The notes under the pieces were generated by a model. The model was not told the DNA's origin. It was given only the letters and a program-made list of their open reading frames with translations, and did not search any database. Source: Deferribacterales bacterium (GTDB lineage: Bacteria > Chrysiogenota > Deferribacteres > Deferribacterales > Geovibrionaceae). Taken from it: DNA of 64,000 nt. Positions within the stretch are counted from its first letter, which is position 1, and each line of letters opens with the position of its first letter. This document shows positions 1 to 8,070 of the stretch, one piece after another. The stretch lies in assembly GCA_050253075.1 (NCBI GenBank), contig JBFWJS010000006.1, positions 160,001 through 224,000 of the forward strand, written 5' to 3'. The position numbers were made by a program, and so were the translations under genes.

Positions 1-144
1 CTTGTTTATTTTGAATGTTTTGATAATATTACAGATGCTTTGTGCCGAGAAAAACAACTCAAAGCATATAAACGAGCTAAAAAACAAGAGATAGTAAACT
101 CTCTTAATCCTGAGTGGAAAGATTTATACGAAGGTATTCTATAA
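1..144 (+). CDS. GIY-YIG nuclease family protein (small stand-alone type), 3' part only; 5' end lies outside the window
   Basis: Manual translation of frame 1 (not in the ORF track): LVYFECFDNITDALCREKQLKAYKRAKKQEIVNSLNPEWKDLYEGIL*. This matches the C-terminal pattern LVYYE...DA..REKQ(L/I)K...R.KK..L...NP.W.DL of small GIY-YIG proteins. Confidence 0.85.
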   Translation, partial: LVYFECFDNITDALCREKQLKAYKRAKKQEIVNSLNPEWKDLYEGIL

Positions 145-153
145 TCTAAATGC

Positions 154-189
154 TGAGACTCTCACGGTCGCCAGCTCCCTCAGAGTGAC
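154..189 (-). repeat. REP-like palindromic repeat (GTCA/CGTC-type), copy 1
   Basis: Reverse complement GTCACTCTGAGGGAGCTGGCGACCGTGAGAGTCTCA is nearly identical to 63916..63950 GTCACTCTGAGGAGTGAAGCGACGTGAGAGTCTCA. It begins 9 bp after the GIY-YIG stop codon. Confidence 0.75.
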
Positions 190-214
190 AAATTATATTA
201 TACGGGTAACAACA

Positions 215-1063
215 TTGGAAAAATTCAAAACATTTTTAAGCATGATAAAAGTGGAGCACACCCTTTTCGCCCTCCCCTTTGCCTTCACAGGCATGTTTTT
301 AGCGGCGAGAGGCATCCCTTCGCTCTCTACTATATTCTGGATAGTCATAGCCGTTCTGGGTGCCAGAAGCGGTGCTATGGGATTTAACCGTGTGGCGGAC
401 GCTAAGATCGACGCACGAAACCCCAGAACAGAAAACCGTGACATCCCCGCAGGGCGCATATCCGTGAATGAAGCTACGCTGTATGTGGTGATATCCTTCG
501 CCGTATACTTCTTCGCCGCTTATATGCTGAATCCGCTCTGTTTCTATCTCTCTCCCGTTCCATTTGCCGTATTCATACTATATTCATATACAAAGCGTTT
601 CACGTTTCTCTGCCACATTGTGCTAGGCGTTGCTCTCGGCATAGCCCCCATCGGCGCATGGGCAGCCGTCACAGGCTCGCTGAACCTCGGCATAGTTTTA
701 CTCGGCATAGCCGTTCTTTTCTGGGTTTCAGGCTTTGATATAGTATACGCATGTCAGGATATCGACTTCGACAGAGAAGAAGGCCTGTTCTCCATCCCCA
801 GATACCTCGGGCTGAGAAATTCGCTGAACCTCGCAAGGGTATTTCACATCATATCCTTCCTGATATTCCTATACACATGGGTATATTTCGACCTTGGCAT
901 TATATATCTGGCGGGAATACTGCTCACGGGCGGATTCATGGTTTATCAGCACTCCATAATAAAACCCGAGGATCTCAGCAGGCTCGACATGGCATTTTTC
1001 AATCTAAATGCATATATTAGTCTGAGCATTTGCGCTTTCACATTTTTAGACCTTGTAATATGA
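215..1063 (+). CDS. UbiA family polyprenyltransferase (MqnP/4-hydroxybenzoate octaprenyltransferase-like)
   Basis: Motifs EHTLFALPF, AMGFNRVADAKIDARNPRT..R, YSYTKR, GFDIVYACQD..FDR; multiple TM segments. The ORF-track GTG at 185 falls inside the repeat, so TTG at 215 is the more likely start. Confidence 0.9.
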   Translation: MEKFKTFLSMIKVEHTLFALPFAFTGMFLAARGIPSLSTIFWIVIAVLGARSGAMGFNRVADAKIDARNPRTENRDIPAGRISVNEATLYVVISFAVYFFAAYMLNPLCFYLSPVPFAVFILYSYTKRFTFLCHIVLGVALGIAPIGAWAAVTGSLNLGIVLLGIAVLFWVSGFDIVYACQDIDFDREEGLFSIPRYLGLRNSLNLARVFHIISFLIFLYTWVYFDLGIIYLAGILLTGGFMVYQHSIIKPEDLSRLDMAFFNLNAYISLSICAFTFLDLVI

Positions 1064-1070
1064 GGAGTTT

Positions 1071-1643
1071 ATGAAACGTATCTTTCTGGGGATAACAGGT
1101 GCCAGCGGAGCACTGTACGGTAAAAAGCTGATAGAGGAGCTCGCAGATATATGTGAACTGCACCTCTGCATCACCCCTGACGGACTGACAAACATAAACA
1201 TCGAACTGGGGAAGGAATACTCTTCCGACGAAGACTTCCTCGCAGACCTGAATAAAAAGGCTATCCTGCACGATCATAAAAACTTTGCAGCACCAGTTTC
1301 CAGCGGGTCGTTCATGGTGGATTCATACATAATAGCACCCGCATCTATGGGCTTTGTAGGCAGAGCCGCAGGCGGTATAAGCTCAAACCTTATCGAACGC
1401 TGTGCGGACGTCGCCATGAAAGAACGCAGAAACCTTGTAATACTCTTCCGAGAGACGCCCCTCAGCCTGATACATATGGAAAACCTGACAAAGCTGACCC
1501 GTGCGGGCGCAGTATGCATGCCGGCGGCACCGGGCTTTTACCACTCTCCTAAAGATATAGACGATCTTATCTCCTTTGTTGCGGGTAAAATCTTTGATAT
1601 AATAGGAGTACAGCACGACCTCTATGCCAGATGGAAAGGCTGA
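1071..1643 (+). CDS. ubiX: Flavin prenyltransferase UbiX
   Basis: GITGASGA, SSGS, APASM, RETPLS.IH.EN, P.FYH.P motifs; SD GAGGAG; adjacent to the UbiA-family gene. Confidence 0.92.
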   Translation: MKRIFLGITGASGALYGKKLIEELADICELHLCITPDGLTNINIELGKEYSSDEDFLADLNKKAILHDHKNFAAPVSSGSFMVDSYIIAPASMGFVGRAAGGISSNLIERCADVAMKERRNLVILFRETPLSLIHMENLTKLTRAGAVCMPAAPGFYHSPKDIDDLISFVAGKIFDIIGVQHDLYARWKG

Positions 1644-1663
1644 AACACTATATCAGGTGAAAA

Positions 1664-1954
1664 TTGAACGGCAGTAAAACCTATGACATCAAAATGCTTA
1701 ACGGGCTCGTTATAAGAGACATATCCATATCTCAGATAAAAGACGGGCTGAAATCGGGCAAATACCTGCCGTCGGACTTTGTCTCTTCATCGGGCGGAGA
1801 CTGGGTAATGCTGAAAGAATCAAAACTATATAAAAATAACGCAAAAATCTTTAACGGATGGATGGCGTTATTTGCAGTATCATTTATATTTAACATAATA
1901 ATGCTCTTGATGCTTTTCTGGCAGAACTCCAGAATAAACCAACTATTAGACTAA
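1664..1954 (+). CDS. Hypothetical protein with C-terminal TM helix
   Basis: 96 aa ORF in operon-like spacing; hydrophobic C-terminal segment. Confidence 0.6.
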   Translation: MNGSKTYDIKMLNGLVIRDISISQIKDGLKSGKYLPSDFVSSSGGDWVMLKESKLYKNNAKIFNGWMALFAVSFIFNIIMLLMLFWQNSRINQLLD

Positions 1955-1972
1955 GCGGAGGTTTTTAAGGTT

Positions 1973-2374
1973 ATGGACACTAAATGGGTTAAAGACAGCT
2001 TTGACAAAGGTAAACTTGAGATCCTCAAATTCGCCAAGGTCAGCAAGATAAAGATAGAGATAACATCCCTTAATAAAAAGAAGGATGAACGTGTCAAACT
2101 GCTCGGGAATAAAGTGCTGGAGCTCATCGAAAACGGCGAGCTCGACGCAGAGCTTTTTGAGCCGGACTACACATACATCAGAAACATAGACAAAGATATA
2201 AAGACAAAGCAGGAAGAGCTGACAGCCTCTGAGGAAGAGGAAGCACAGCCTGCAGAAGAGACAACCTCCGAAGAAATAGAGATAGTCACCATCGAATCAC
2301 AGAAAGTGTTAACAGCAAAATCCATCCCCGTAGAACCAGAACCTGAAACAGCAGAAGAAAAGAAAGGTGAATAA
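1973..2374 (+). CDS. Hypothetical protein (coiled-coil N-terminus, acidic tail)
   Basis: 133 aa ORF with SD GGAGG upstream. Confidence 0.7.
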   Translation: MDTKWVKDSFDKGKLEILKFAKVSKIKIEITSLNKKKDERVKLLGNKVLELIENGELDAELFEPDYTYIRNIDKDIKTKQEELTASEEEEAQPAEETTSEEIEIVTIESQKVLTAKSIPVEPEPETAEEKKGE

Positions 2375-2375
2375 C

Positions 2376-2855
2376 ATGAAAAAGATATACATATTACCAA
2401 TGCTGATCCTCATCCTCGCCGCCTGTACCCAGTTCGATATGAAATTTCAGCCTACACAGGATCTGAAAGCGAACTATCCCCATTCTGTAAAAGATCAGAA
2501 CCTTGCCATATACTATAAGACAGTAAAAGGCTCTGATGAAAAGACTGTCGTACAGATGGCAGTGCAGAACATCGGTAATATATATATGAGCAACCTTACC
2601 ATAAACTATGACGACTGCTGTCAGGCACTCCACCAGGGCCCCGGATCATATCTGTATAAAAATCTGGGCAATCTGAAAAACAGAGCGCACAAAACAATGA
2701 GCATATCCATCCCTTCATCCGATGTTAAAATTGTCACACTGGACTACACATTCATACCTGTGACAGAGGACGCATTTTTGAAGCAGAATAACGAATACAC
2801 ACCTTCTGTTTCAGAGGTCATTAAAAGCAGGATAATTCTCTACACTGGTAAGTAA
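2376..2855 (+). CDS. Hypothetical lipoprotein
   Basis: Signal peptide and lipobox MKKIYILPMLILILAAC; ATG at 2376 preferred to GTG at 2367. Confidence 0.7.
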   Translation: MKKIYILPMLILILAACTQFDMKFQPTQDLKANYPHSVKDQNLAIYYKTVKGSDEKTVVQMAVQNIGNIYMSNLTINYDDCCQALHQGPGSYLYKNLGNLKNRAHKTMSISIPSSDVKIVTLDYTFIPVTEDAFLKQNNEYTPSVSEVIKSRIILYTGK

Positions 2856-3187
2856 CAGAGCGTACTAAAACCTGAGTTTTATTTTTTCGTTCTGTATGAA
2901 TTACTATTTTGAATTATTATTTTCATTTTTTATACCCGCAGTAAATTTGTTTTAAATTTTACTAAAATATCTTTTCGCCCTTAAGAAACATTAAAAATTA
3001 ACATCTTTAAACGTCTCATTTACAAACCTGTCAAATTAAAATTATTAGTAAATTTTTGTCTATTTTGTTTATTATTTATAAATTGATTTTGTTAATTTTA
3101 TATAACATTGTTATGCATATATAAGATTGTATACAGTATACGCTAAAAAATCTTCGCTAGTACCTGATTTTATTGTGTTTTTTACTG

Positions 3188-3216
3188 TTGACTTTCATAA
3201 AACGATGTACTATTAT
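3188..3216 (+). promoter_or_regulatory. Sigma70-type promoter of the solute symporter locus
   Basis: TTGACT (3188-3193), 17 bp spacer, TATTAT (3211-3216) within an AT-rich intergenic region. Confidence 0.55.
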
Positions 3217-3287
3217 TTAATCAGATTAGATTTACATTTACCAAAAAAATTCTCTTATTAGTAAACAGAGAAGCAGCGGTAAAACCA

Positions 3288-3357
3288 GAACAGGTTAACT
3301 TAGAACGCATAATTAAAAAGGAGGTGTATAATTAAACGTTCCGAGAAGTTCCTGTTC
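3288..3357 (+). promoter_or_regulatory. Long 5'-leader hairpin with an SD-like loop (candidate cis-regulatory RNA)
   Basis: Nested pairings GAACAGG/CCTGTTC, AACTT/AAGTT, GAACG/CGTTC, TAATTA/TAATTA; loop AAAAGGAGGTGTA. Confidence 0.5.
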
Positions 3358-3382
3358 GATATCTTAAGTGAGGTGTAATCTT

Positions 3383-3634
3383 ATGGAAAAGACACATGAA
3401 ATGTATTGGAAAAAGGTTCTAGGCTTAGTTCGAAACGTTCTCATCGTTTGGTTCGTTGTCTCTTACGGAGCAGGTATTATTTTTGCCAGCGCACTTGACT
3501 CAATCAAGCTCGGCGGATATCCGCTTGGGTTCTGGTTTGCACAGCAAGGCTCGATCTACATATTTGTCGTTCTCATCTTTACCTATGCAAAATTGATGGG
3601 GAAGATCGACAAAGAATTCAATGTTGAAGAATAG
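3383..3634 (+). CDS. Sodium:solute symporter small subunit (DUF4212/DUF485-like)
   Basis: YW..., IVWFVVSYG, G.PLGFWFAQQGSIYIFVVLIF.Y...M..ID.EF pattern; directly upstream of the SSS gene; ATG at 3383 with SD GAGGTG. Confidence 0.88.
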   Translation: MEKTHEMYWKKVLGLVRNVLIVWFVVSYGAGIIFASALDSIKLGGYPLGFWFAQQGSIYIFVVLIFTYAKLMGKIDKEFNVEE

Positions 3635-3646
3635 GGAGGTACGTAT

Positions 3647-5449
3647 ATGAGCTTACAAATAACAACCTACATCGTAGTTGGTCTATCATTCGCTCTTTAT
3701 ATCGGTATTGCGATATGGTCGCGCGCAGGCAGCACAAAGGAATTCTATGTTGCAGGCGGCGGTATCCACCCTATTACTAACGGTATTGCTATCGGTGCAG
3801 ACTGGATGTCTGCTGCATCATTCATATCCATGGCCGGTCTTATCGGTTTCATGGGTTATGGCGGCGCACTCTTCCTTATGGGCTGGACAGGTGGCTTCGT
3901 TCTCCTTGCGATGCTCATAGCACCATACCTCAGAAAGTTCGGTAAGTTCACTGTGCCGGATTTCTTTAAAACACGTTATTATTCAGATACAGCGACAATA
4001 GTTGCAGTTATGTGCCTTCTCGCTGCGTCTACAACATACATCATCGGCCAGATGACCGGTGTTGGTGTTGCTTTCTCACGTTTCCTCGGTGTTTCCAACT
4101 CAATGGGAATCTTTATCGGAATGGCGATAGTATTTATGTATGCAGTTTTCGGCGGTATGAAAGGTATCACCTACACACAGGTTGCTCAGTACTGCGTTTT
4201 GATCCTTGCTTACACCATTCCTGCAATATTCATCTCCTTGAACCTTACAGGAAACCCGATCCCTCAGCTTGGTCTCGGTTCTGACTTCGTAGGCAGCAAC
4301 ATGTCTCTGCTTGCAAAGCTCGACCACATCGTGACAGACCTCGGATTTGCGAAATACACGACTCAGGTACCCGGCAGTAAGCTGAATATGTTCGCATATA
4401 CTCTTTCTCTGATGCTCGGTACAGCAGGTCTTCCGCACGTTATCATCCGTTTCTTCACAGTGCCGGATGTTAAGGGTGCACGTTCATCTGCAGGATGGGC
4501 ACTTGTGTTCATCGCTATCCTCTATACAACAGCTCCTACAGTTGCAGCTATGGCAAGACTTAACCTTCATGCCACAATCAACACAGCTGTTGAAATGGGC
4601 GGAGATGTATTCGCTCCTGAAGCAAGCATCAAAGCTGAGGATCGTCCTAACTGGATGAAGAGATGGGAAGTTACCGGTCTTCTTAAGTTTGAAGATAAAA
4701 ACGGCGACGGACGCATCCAATACTACAACGATAAGTCCAAAGACCCTGCTTTCCTTGCAAAAGTTGAAGCAGCAGGCTGGCAAGGAAACGAACTTTCAGT
4801 AAACAACGATATCATGGTTCTCGCTAACCCTGAGATCGCTAGGCTCCCCAACTGGGTAATCGCACTCGTTGCTGCCGGTGGTCTGGCTGCTGCTCTTTCG
4901 ACAGCTGCCGGTCTCCTCCTTGCAATATCAGCGGCAGTTTCACACGACCTTCTTAAAAACATGTTTATGAAGGACATGAGCGAGAAAGGCGAGCTTATGG
5001 CAGGACGTATTGCCATGGCTATGGCTATCCTCGGTGCAGGTTATCTCGGTCTCAACCCGCCTGACTTTGCGGCAGGTACGGTTGCCATAGCCTTCGGTCT
5101 TGCGGCGTCGTCCATTTTCCCTGCCCTTCTTATGGGTATATTCAGCAAAACAATGAACAAACAAGGTGCCATAGCAGGTATGCTTGCCGGTATCGGTATC
5201 ACAATGTTCTACGTTTTTGCTCACACGGGTATATTCTATATCAAAGGCACAGAGTATTATCAGCTCTTCGGTGGACAAAACTTCTTCTTCGGAATCCACC
5301 CGAATGCTTTCGGAGCAGTAGGTGCTTTCATTAACTTTATAGTTGCATTCGCAGTTAAAGGTTTCTTCGCACCGGTTCCGGATGATATCGCTCAGATGGT
5401 AGAAGATGTACGTGTACCTAAGGGTGCAGGCGCAGCCGTCGATCATTAA
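3647..5449 (+). CDS. Sodium/cation:solute symporter, ActP-related (probable acetate/monocarboxylate uptake)
   Basis: FYVAG, ADWMSAASF, APYLRKFGKFTVPDF, GTAGLPHV..RFFTV, AAALSTAAGLLL; about 13 TM segments. Confidence 0.92.
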   Translation: MSLQITTYIVVGLSFALYIGIAIWSRAGSTKEFYVAGGGIHPITNGIAIGADWMSAASFISMAGLIGFMGYGGALFLMGWTGGFVLLAMLIAPYLRKFGKFTVPDFFKTRYYSDTATIVAVMCLLAASTTYIIGQMTGVGVAFSRFLGVSNSMGIFIGMAIVFMYAVFGGMKGITYTQVAQYCVLILAYTIPAIFISLNLTGNPIPQLGLGSDFVGSNMSLLAKLDHIVTDLGFAKYTTQVPGSKLNMFAYTLSLMLGTAGLPHVIIRFFTVPDVKGARSSAGWALVFIAILYTTAPTVAAMARLNLHATINTAVEMGGDVFAPEASIKAEDRPNWMKRWEVTGLLKFEDKNGDGRIQYYNDKSKDPAFLAKVEAAGWQGNELSVNNDIMVLANPEIARLPNWVIALVAAGGLAAALSTAAGLLLAISAAVSHDLLKNMFMKDMSEKGELMAGRIAMAMAILGAGYLGLNPPDFAAGTVAIAFGLAASSIFPALLMGIFSKTMNKQGAIAGMLAGIGITMFYVFAHTGIFYIKGTEYYQLFGGQNFFFGIHPNAFGAVGAFINFIVAFAVKGFFAPVPDDIAQMVEDVRVPKGAGAAVDH

Positions 5450-5479
5450 GATAATAGATACGAAAGTATCATAACCCTC

Positions 5480-5515
5480 GGCTCCGCCGTAATGCTCATG
5501 CGGCGGAGCCTTTTT
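5480..5515 (+). terminator. Rho-independent terminator
   Basis: GGCTCCGCCG ... CGGCGGAGCC followed by TTTTT. Confidence 0.8.
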
Positions 5516-5551
5516 AACAAACGCATTTAAAGGCATACGAAGGAGTTATAA

Positions 5552-5926
5552 ATGTATTTTTACGTTAGTTTAGCATTAACATGGCTTTTATTCCTTGCCC
5601 TCTTCCCCGTTTCATTCTTTTGGGGTAAAAGAGCATATAAGATATTCATAAAGAGAGACTATTCCGAAGTTGCCTTAAAACGTGGGGTGGCTCCTGCCAA
5701 ACCTGCTAAATTTGCACCCTATGTCGGACTTCTTAACCTGATAGGTGCACTGATCGCAGCATATACGATATTTGGAGTACTGGTTTTCCACTTCCCATAC
5801 GATAAGTGGTCTGCCATGGCAGGCTCGACGATATGGGGCAAGATACTGCTGGACTGGATGATCAGACAACATGCTCACCCAATAAAGCTCGGCAGAAAAA
5901 AAAGAGACGTAACCACAACAGCTTAA
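5552..5926 (+). CDS. Hypothetical membrane protein (about 3 TM)
   Basis: SD AAGGAG, 124 aa, hydrophobic segments; lies inside the symporter locus. Confidence 0.75.
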   Translation: MYFYVSLALTWLLFLALFPVSFFWGKRAYKIFIKRDYSEVALKRGVAPAKPAKFAPYVGLLNLIGALIAAYTIFGVLVFHFPYDKWSAMAGSTIWGKILLDWMIRQHAHPIKLGRKKRDVTTTA

Positions 5927-5965
5927 ACTATTAATAAAATCAATTAACTTACAAAGTTTTTATAG

Positions 5966-5992
5966 AAAAAGTCTCCTGCGGGAGACTTTTTT
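5966..5992 (+). terminator. Rho-independent terminator
   Basis: AAAAAGTCTCC-TGCG-GGAGACTTTTTT. Confidence 0.75.
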
Positions 5993-6028
5993 GTTATAAT
6001 TAATTAAATATTACCTTTGGATTATTTT

Positions 6029-7948
6029 ATGGCAAACATAGAAAGAATATTTGATTACGAACCATTCAATCAGATACCGAAAGATGCTGTAACAAGGCTG
6101 GAAAGCGCCGCAGGGCACATAGTATATCCTGCTGAAACAGTCATCTTCAAGCAGTCCGACATGCCCACAGGCTTCCTCTATTACATCCAGAACGGAGAGG
6201 TGGAGATAATAGCCGAGACAAACGAAGGGGTGGAGATGATAGTGGACTACCGTCAGTCCGGAGGGTTCTTCGGATGGACACCTATCTTCACTCAGGAAGG
6301 ATATACCGCAGGCGCCAGAACAGCCACAGAGACCTCATGCCTGCTGATACCTCAGCGTCTCCTGCAGGATATATCCAAAGAATACCCCATAATATCCAAA
6401 TACTTTAACAAGGCGATATTCTCTCAGATACGTAAACTCTATAAGAACATGGTCAGCAAGCACTCCACAGACCCGCTGGCACAGATGGAGGCCTACCCTT
6501 TCCAAAAGCGTCTTTACGAGATAATGTCTAAGCCCGTCCTGACATGCTCCCCTGACACCACCATAAGGGAAGTAGCGTTCAAAATGACCGAAACGGACGT
6601 TTCCGCACTCGTCGTATGCGACGAGAATGGAAAGATGCAGGGGATTATCACCGAAAAAGACCTCGTCAGGAAAGTTCTGGCGAAGGATATAGACGTGTGC
6701 CAGAAGCATAGCACGGCAGCCCATGTGATGACGACAGAGCCCCACAGTATGCCTTCGGATACATACATGTATCAGGCGGCGACATTCATGCTCAGGCATA
6801 ACATACGCCATCTGCCCGTTGTGGACGGCGACTCCATTGAGGGGATCGTCACACAGAAAGACCTGATGAAGTTCCGCAGCCAGAAGTCTATGCTGCTGGT
6901 AGGGAGCGCACACGAGGCGAAAAGTATAGCAGAGCTCAAAGAGATCCGCAGTGAAATAGTCACCGTGGCAAAGGTGCTCCTGATAGAGAACAGATCCCAC
7001 GTGGAGACCATGGAGATACTCTCGTATATCCACCACAGCATCATAGCCAGATGTTATGAGCTGATAGATACAAACATGCAGAAAAAGGGTTTTAAAAAGC
7101 CTGATGTCAAATTCTGCTTTATGATAATGGGCAGCGGAGGACGTAAAGAGATGCTCCTCGGCCCGGATCAGGACAACGGATTCCTATTCGAAAACTTTGA
7201 CGAATCAATGCGGGCAGATGTCGAAGGCTACTTTTACCCGCTGGCGGATGAGCTGGTCGATGCGCTGGCAGATATAGGCTATCCGCTATGCCACGGAAAG
7301 GTAATGGTGAATAACCCGCTGTGGAGAGGCACTCTGAATGAATGGGATGCCCGAGTGTGTAAATGGATAGAAGTGCCCGAACCCCAAAAGGTAAGGTATT
7401 CATCCATCTTCTTCGACTTCATGCCTATCGTCGGCGATCCTTCACTGTGCGACGGTCTGCGTGATATAGTTAATAAGTATATAAAGTCAAACCCGCTCTT
7501 CCTATATCAGATGATGGAGCTGGATTTCAAACATAAGGTTCCGATAGGTCTGCTGGGCAGGTTTGTCACCCACAGCGGTAAAGAGCACAAAGGCGAACTC
7601 TCGCTGAAAGAGAACGGAAGCATATTCATAGTGGACTGTGTGCGTATGTTCATGCTGGAGCAGAGCATACACGCCATCACCACCATAGACCGTCTGGACA
7701 AACTAGAGGAGCTTAGCGTCTTTAACAAAGCGACAGTGGAGCATGTGAAAGCGGCGTTCGAATCCTTCACATACCTGCGCCTCCAGAACGAGATAAAACT
7801 CATCGAGGACGGCGAAAAACCGAGCCACTTCCTTAACCCCGACGAACTGACGGACGAGGAAGCTCAGCTTTTGAAAGAAGCATTCAAGGTAGCGAGCAAA
7901 CTGCAGGATTCCACAAGGAAACATTTCTCAAAAATAATAGGGAGATAA
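6029..7948 (+). CDS. cNMP-binding / CBS-pair / DUF294 nucleotidyltransferase-like signal transduction protein
   Basis: N-terminal cNMP fold (LYYIQNGEVEI...GGFFG), CBS pair (GIITEKDL, IRHLPVV), intact GlnD/GlnE-like motif MGSGGRKE....DQDN, YPLC.G.VM..NP.W. Confidence 0.9.
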   Translation: MANIERIFDYEPFNQIPKDAVTRLESAAGHIVYPAETVIFKQSDMPTGFLYYIQNGEVEIIAETNEGVEMIVDYRQSGGFFGWTPIFTQEGYTAGARTATETSCLLIPQRLLQDISKEYPIISKYFNKAIFSQIRKLYKNMVSKHSTDPLAQMEAYPFQKRLYEIMSKPVLTCSPDTTIREVAFKMTETDVSALVVCDENGKMQGIITEKDLVRKVLAKDIDVCQKHSTAAHVMTTEPHSMPSDTYMYQAATFMLRHNIRHLPVVDGDSIEGIVTQKDLMKFRSQKSMLLVGSAHEAKSIAELKEIRSEIVTVAKVLLIENRSHVETMEILSYIHHSIIARCYELIDTNMQKKGFKKPDVKFCFMIMGSGGRKEMLLGPDQDNGFLFENFDESMRADVEGYFYPLADELVDALADIGYPLCHGKVMVNNPLWRGTLNEWDARVCKWIEVPEPQKVRYSSIFFDFMPIVGDPSLCDGLRDIVNKYIKSNPLFLYQMMELDFKHKVPIGLLGRFVTHSGKEHKGELSLKENGSIFIVDCVRMFMLEQSIHAITTIDRLDKLEELSVFNKATVEHVKAAFESFTYLRLQNEIKLIEDGEKPSHFLNPDELTDEEAQLLKEAFKVASKLQDSTRKHFSKIIGR

Positions 7949-8070
7949 TTATAAACATTAGCTCATAACATAAAGCATACCGATTGATTTATGAGCGTAA
8001 ATTATTTATTATATATAGCGAGTTAAAGCAATGTTACATAAGATAATCACGAGTTAACACGAGGTCAGAT

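Noticed and set aside
185..214. GTG start for the UbiA-family ORF
   Set aside because: It lies inside the palindromic repeat and has no SD; family-like sequence begins near 215-242.
2856..3190. AT-rich region as replication origin or island boundary
   Set aside because: No DnaA-box cluster, integrase, tRNA or att repeats seen; better explained as a promoter region.
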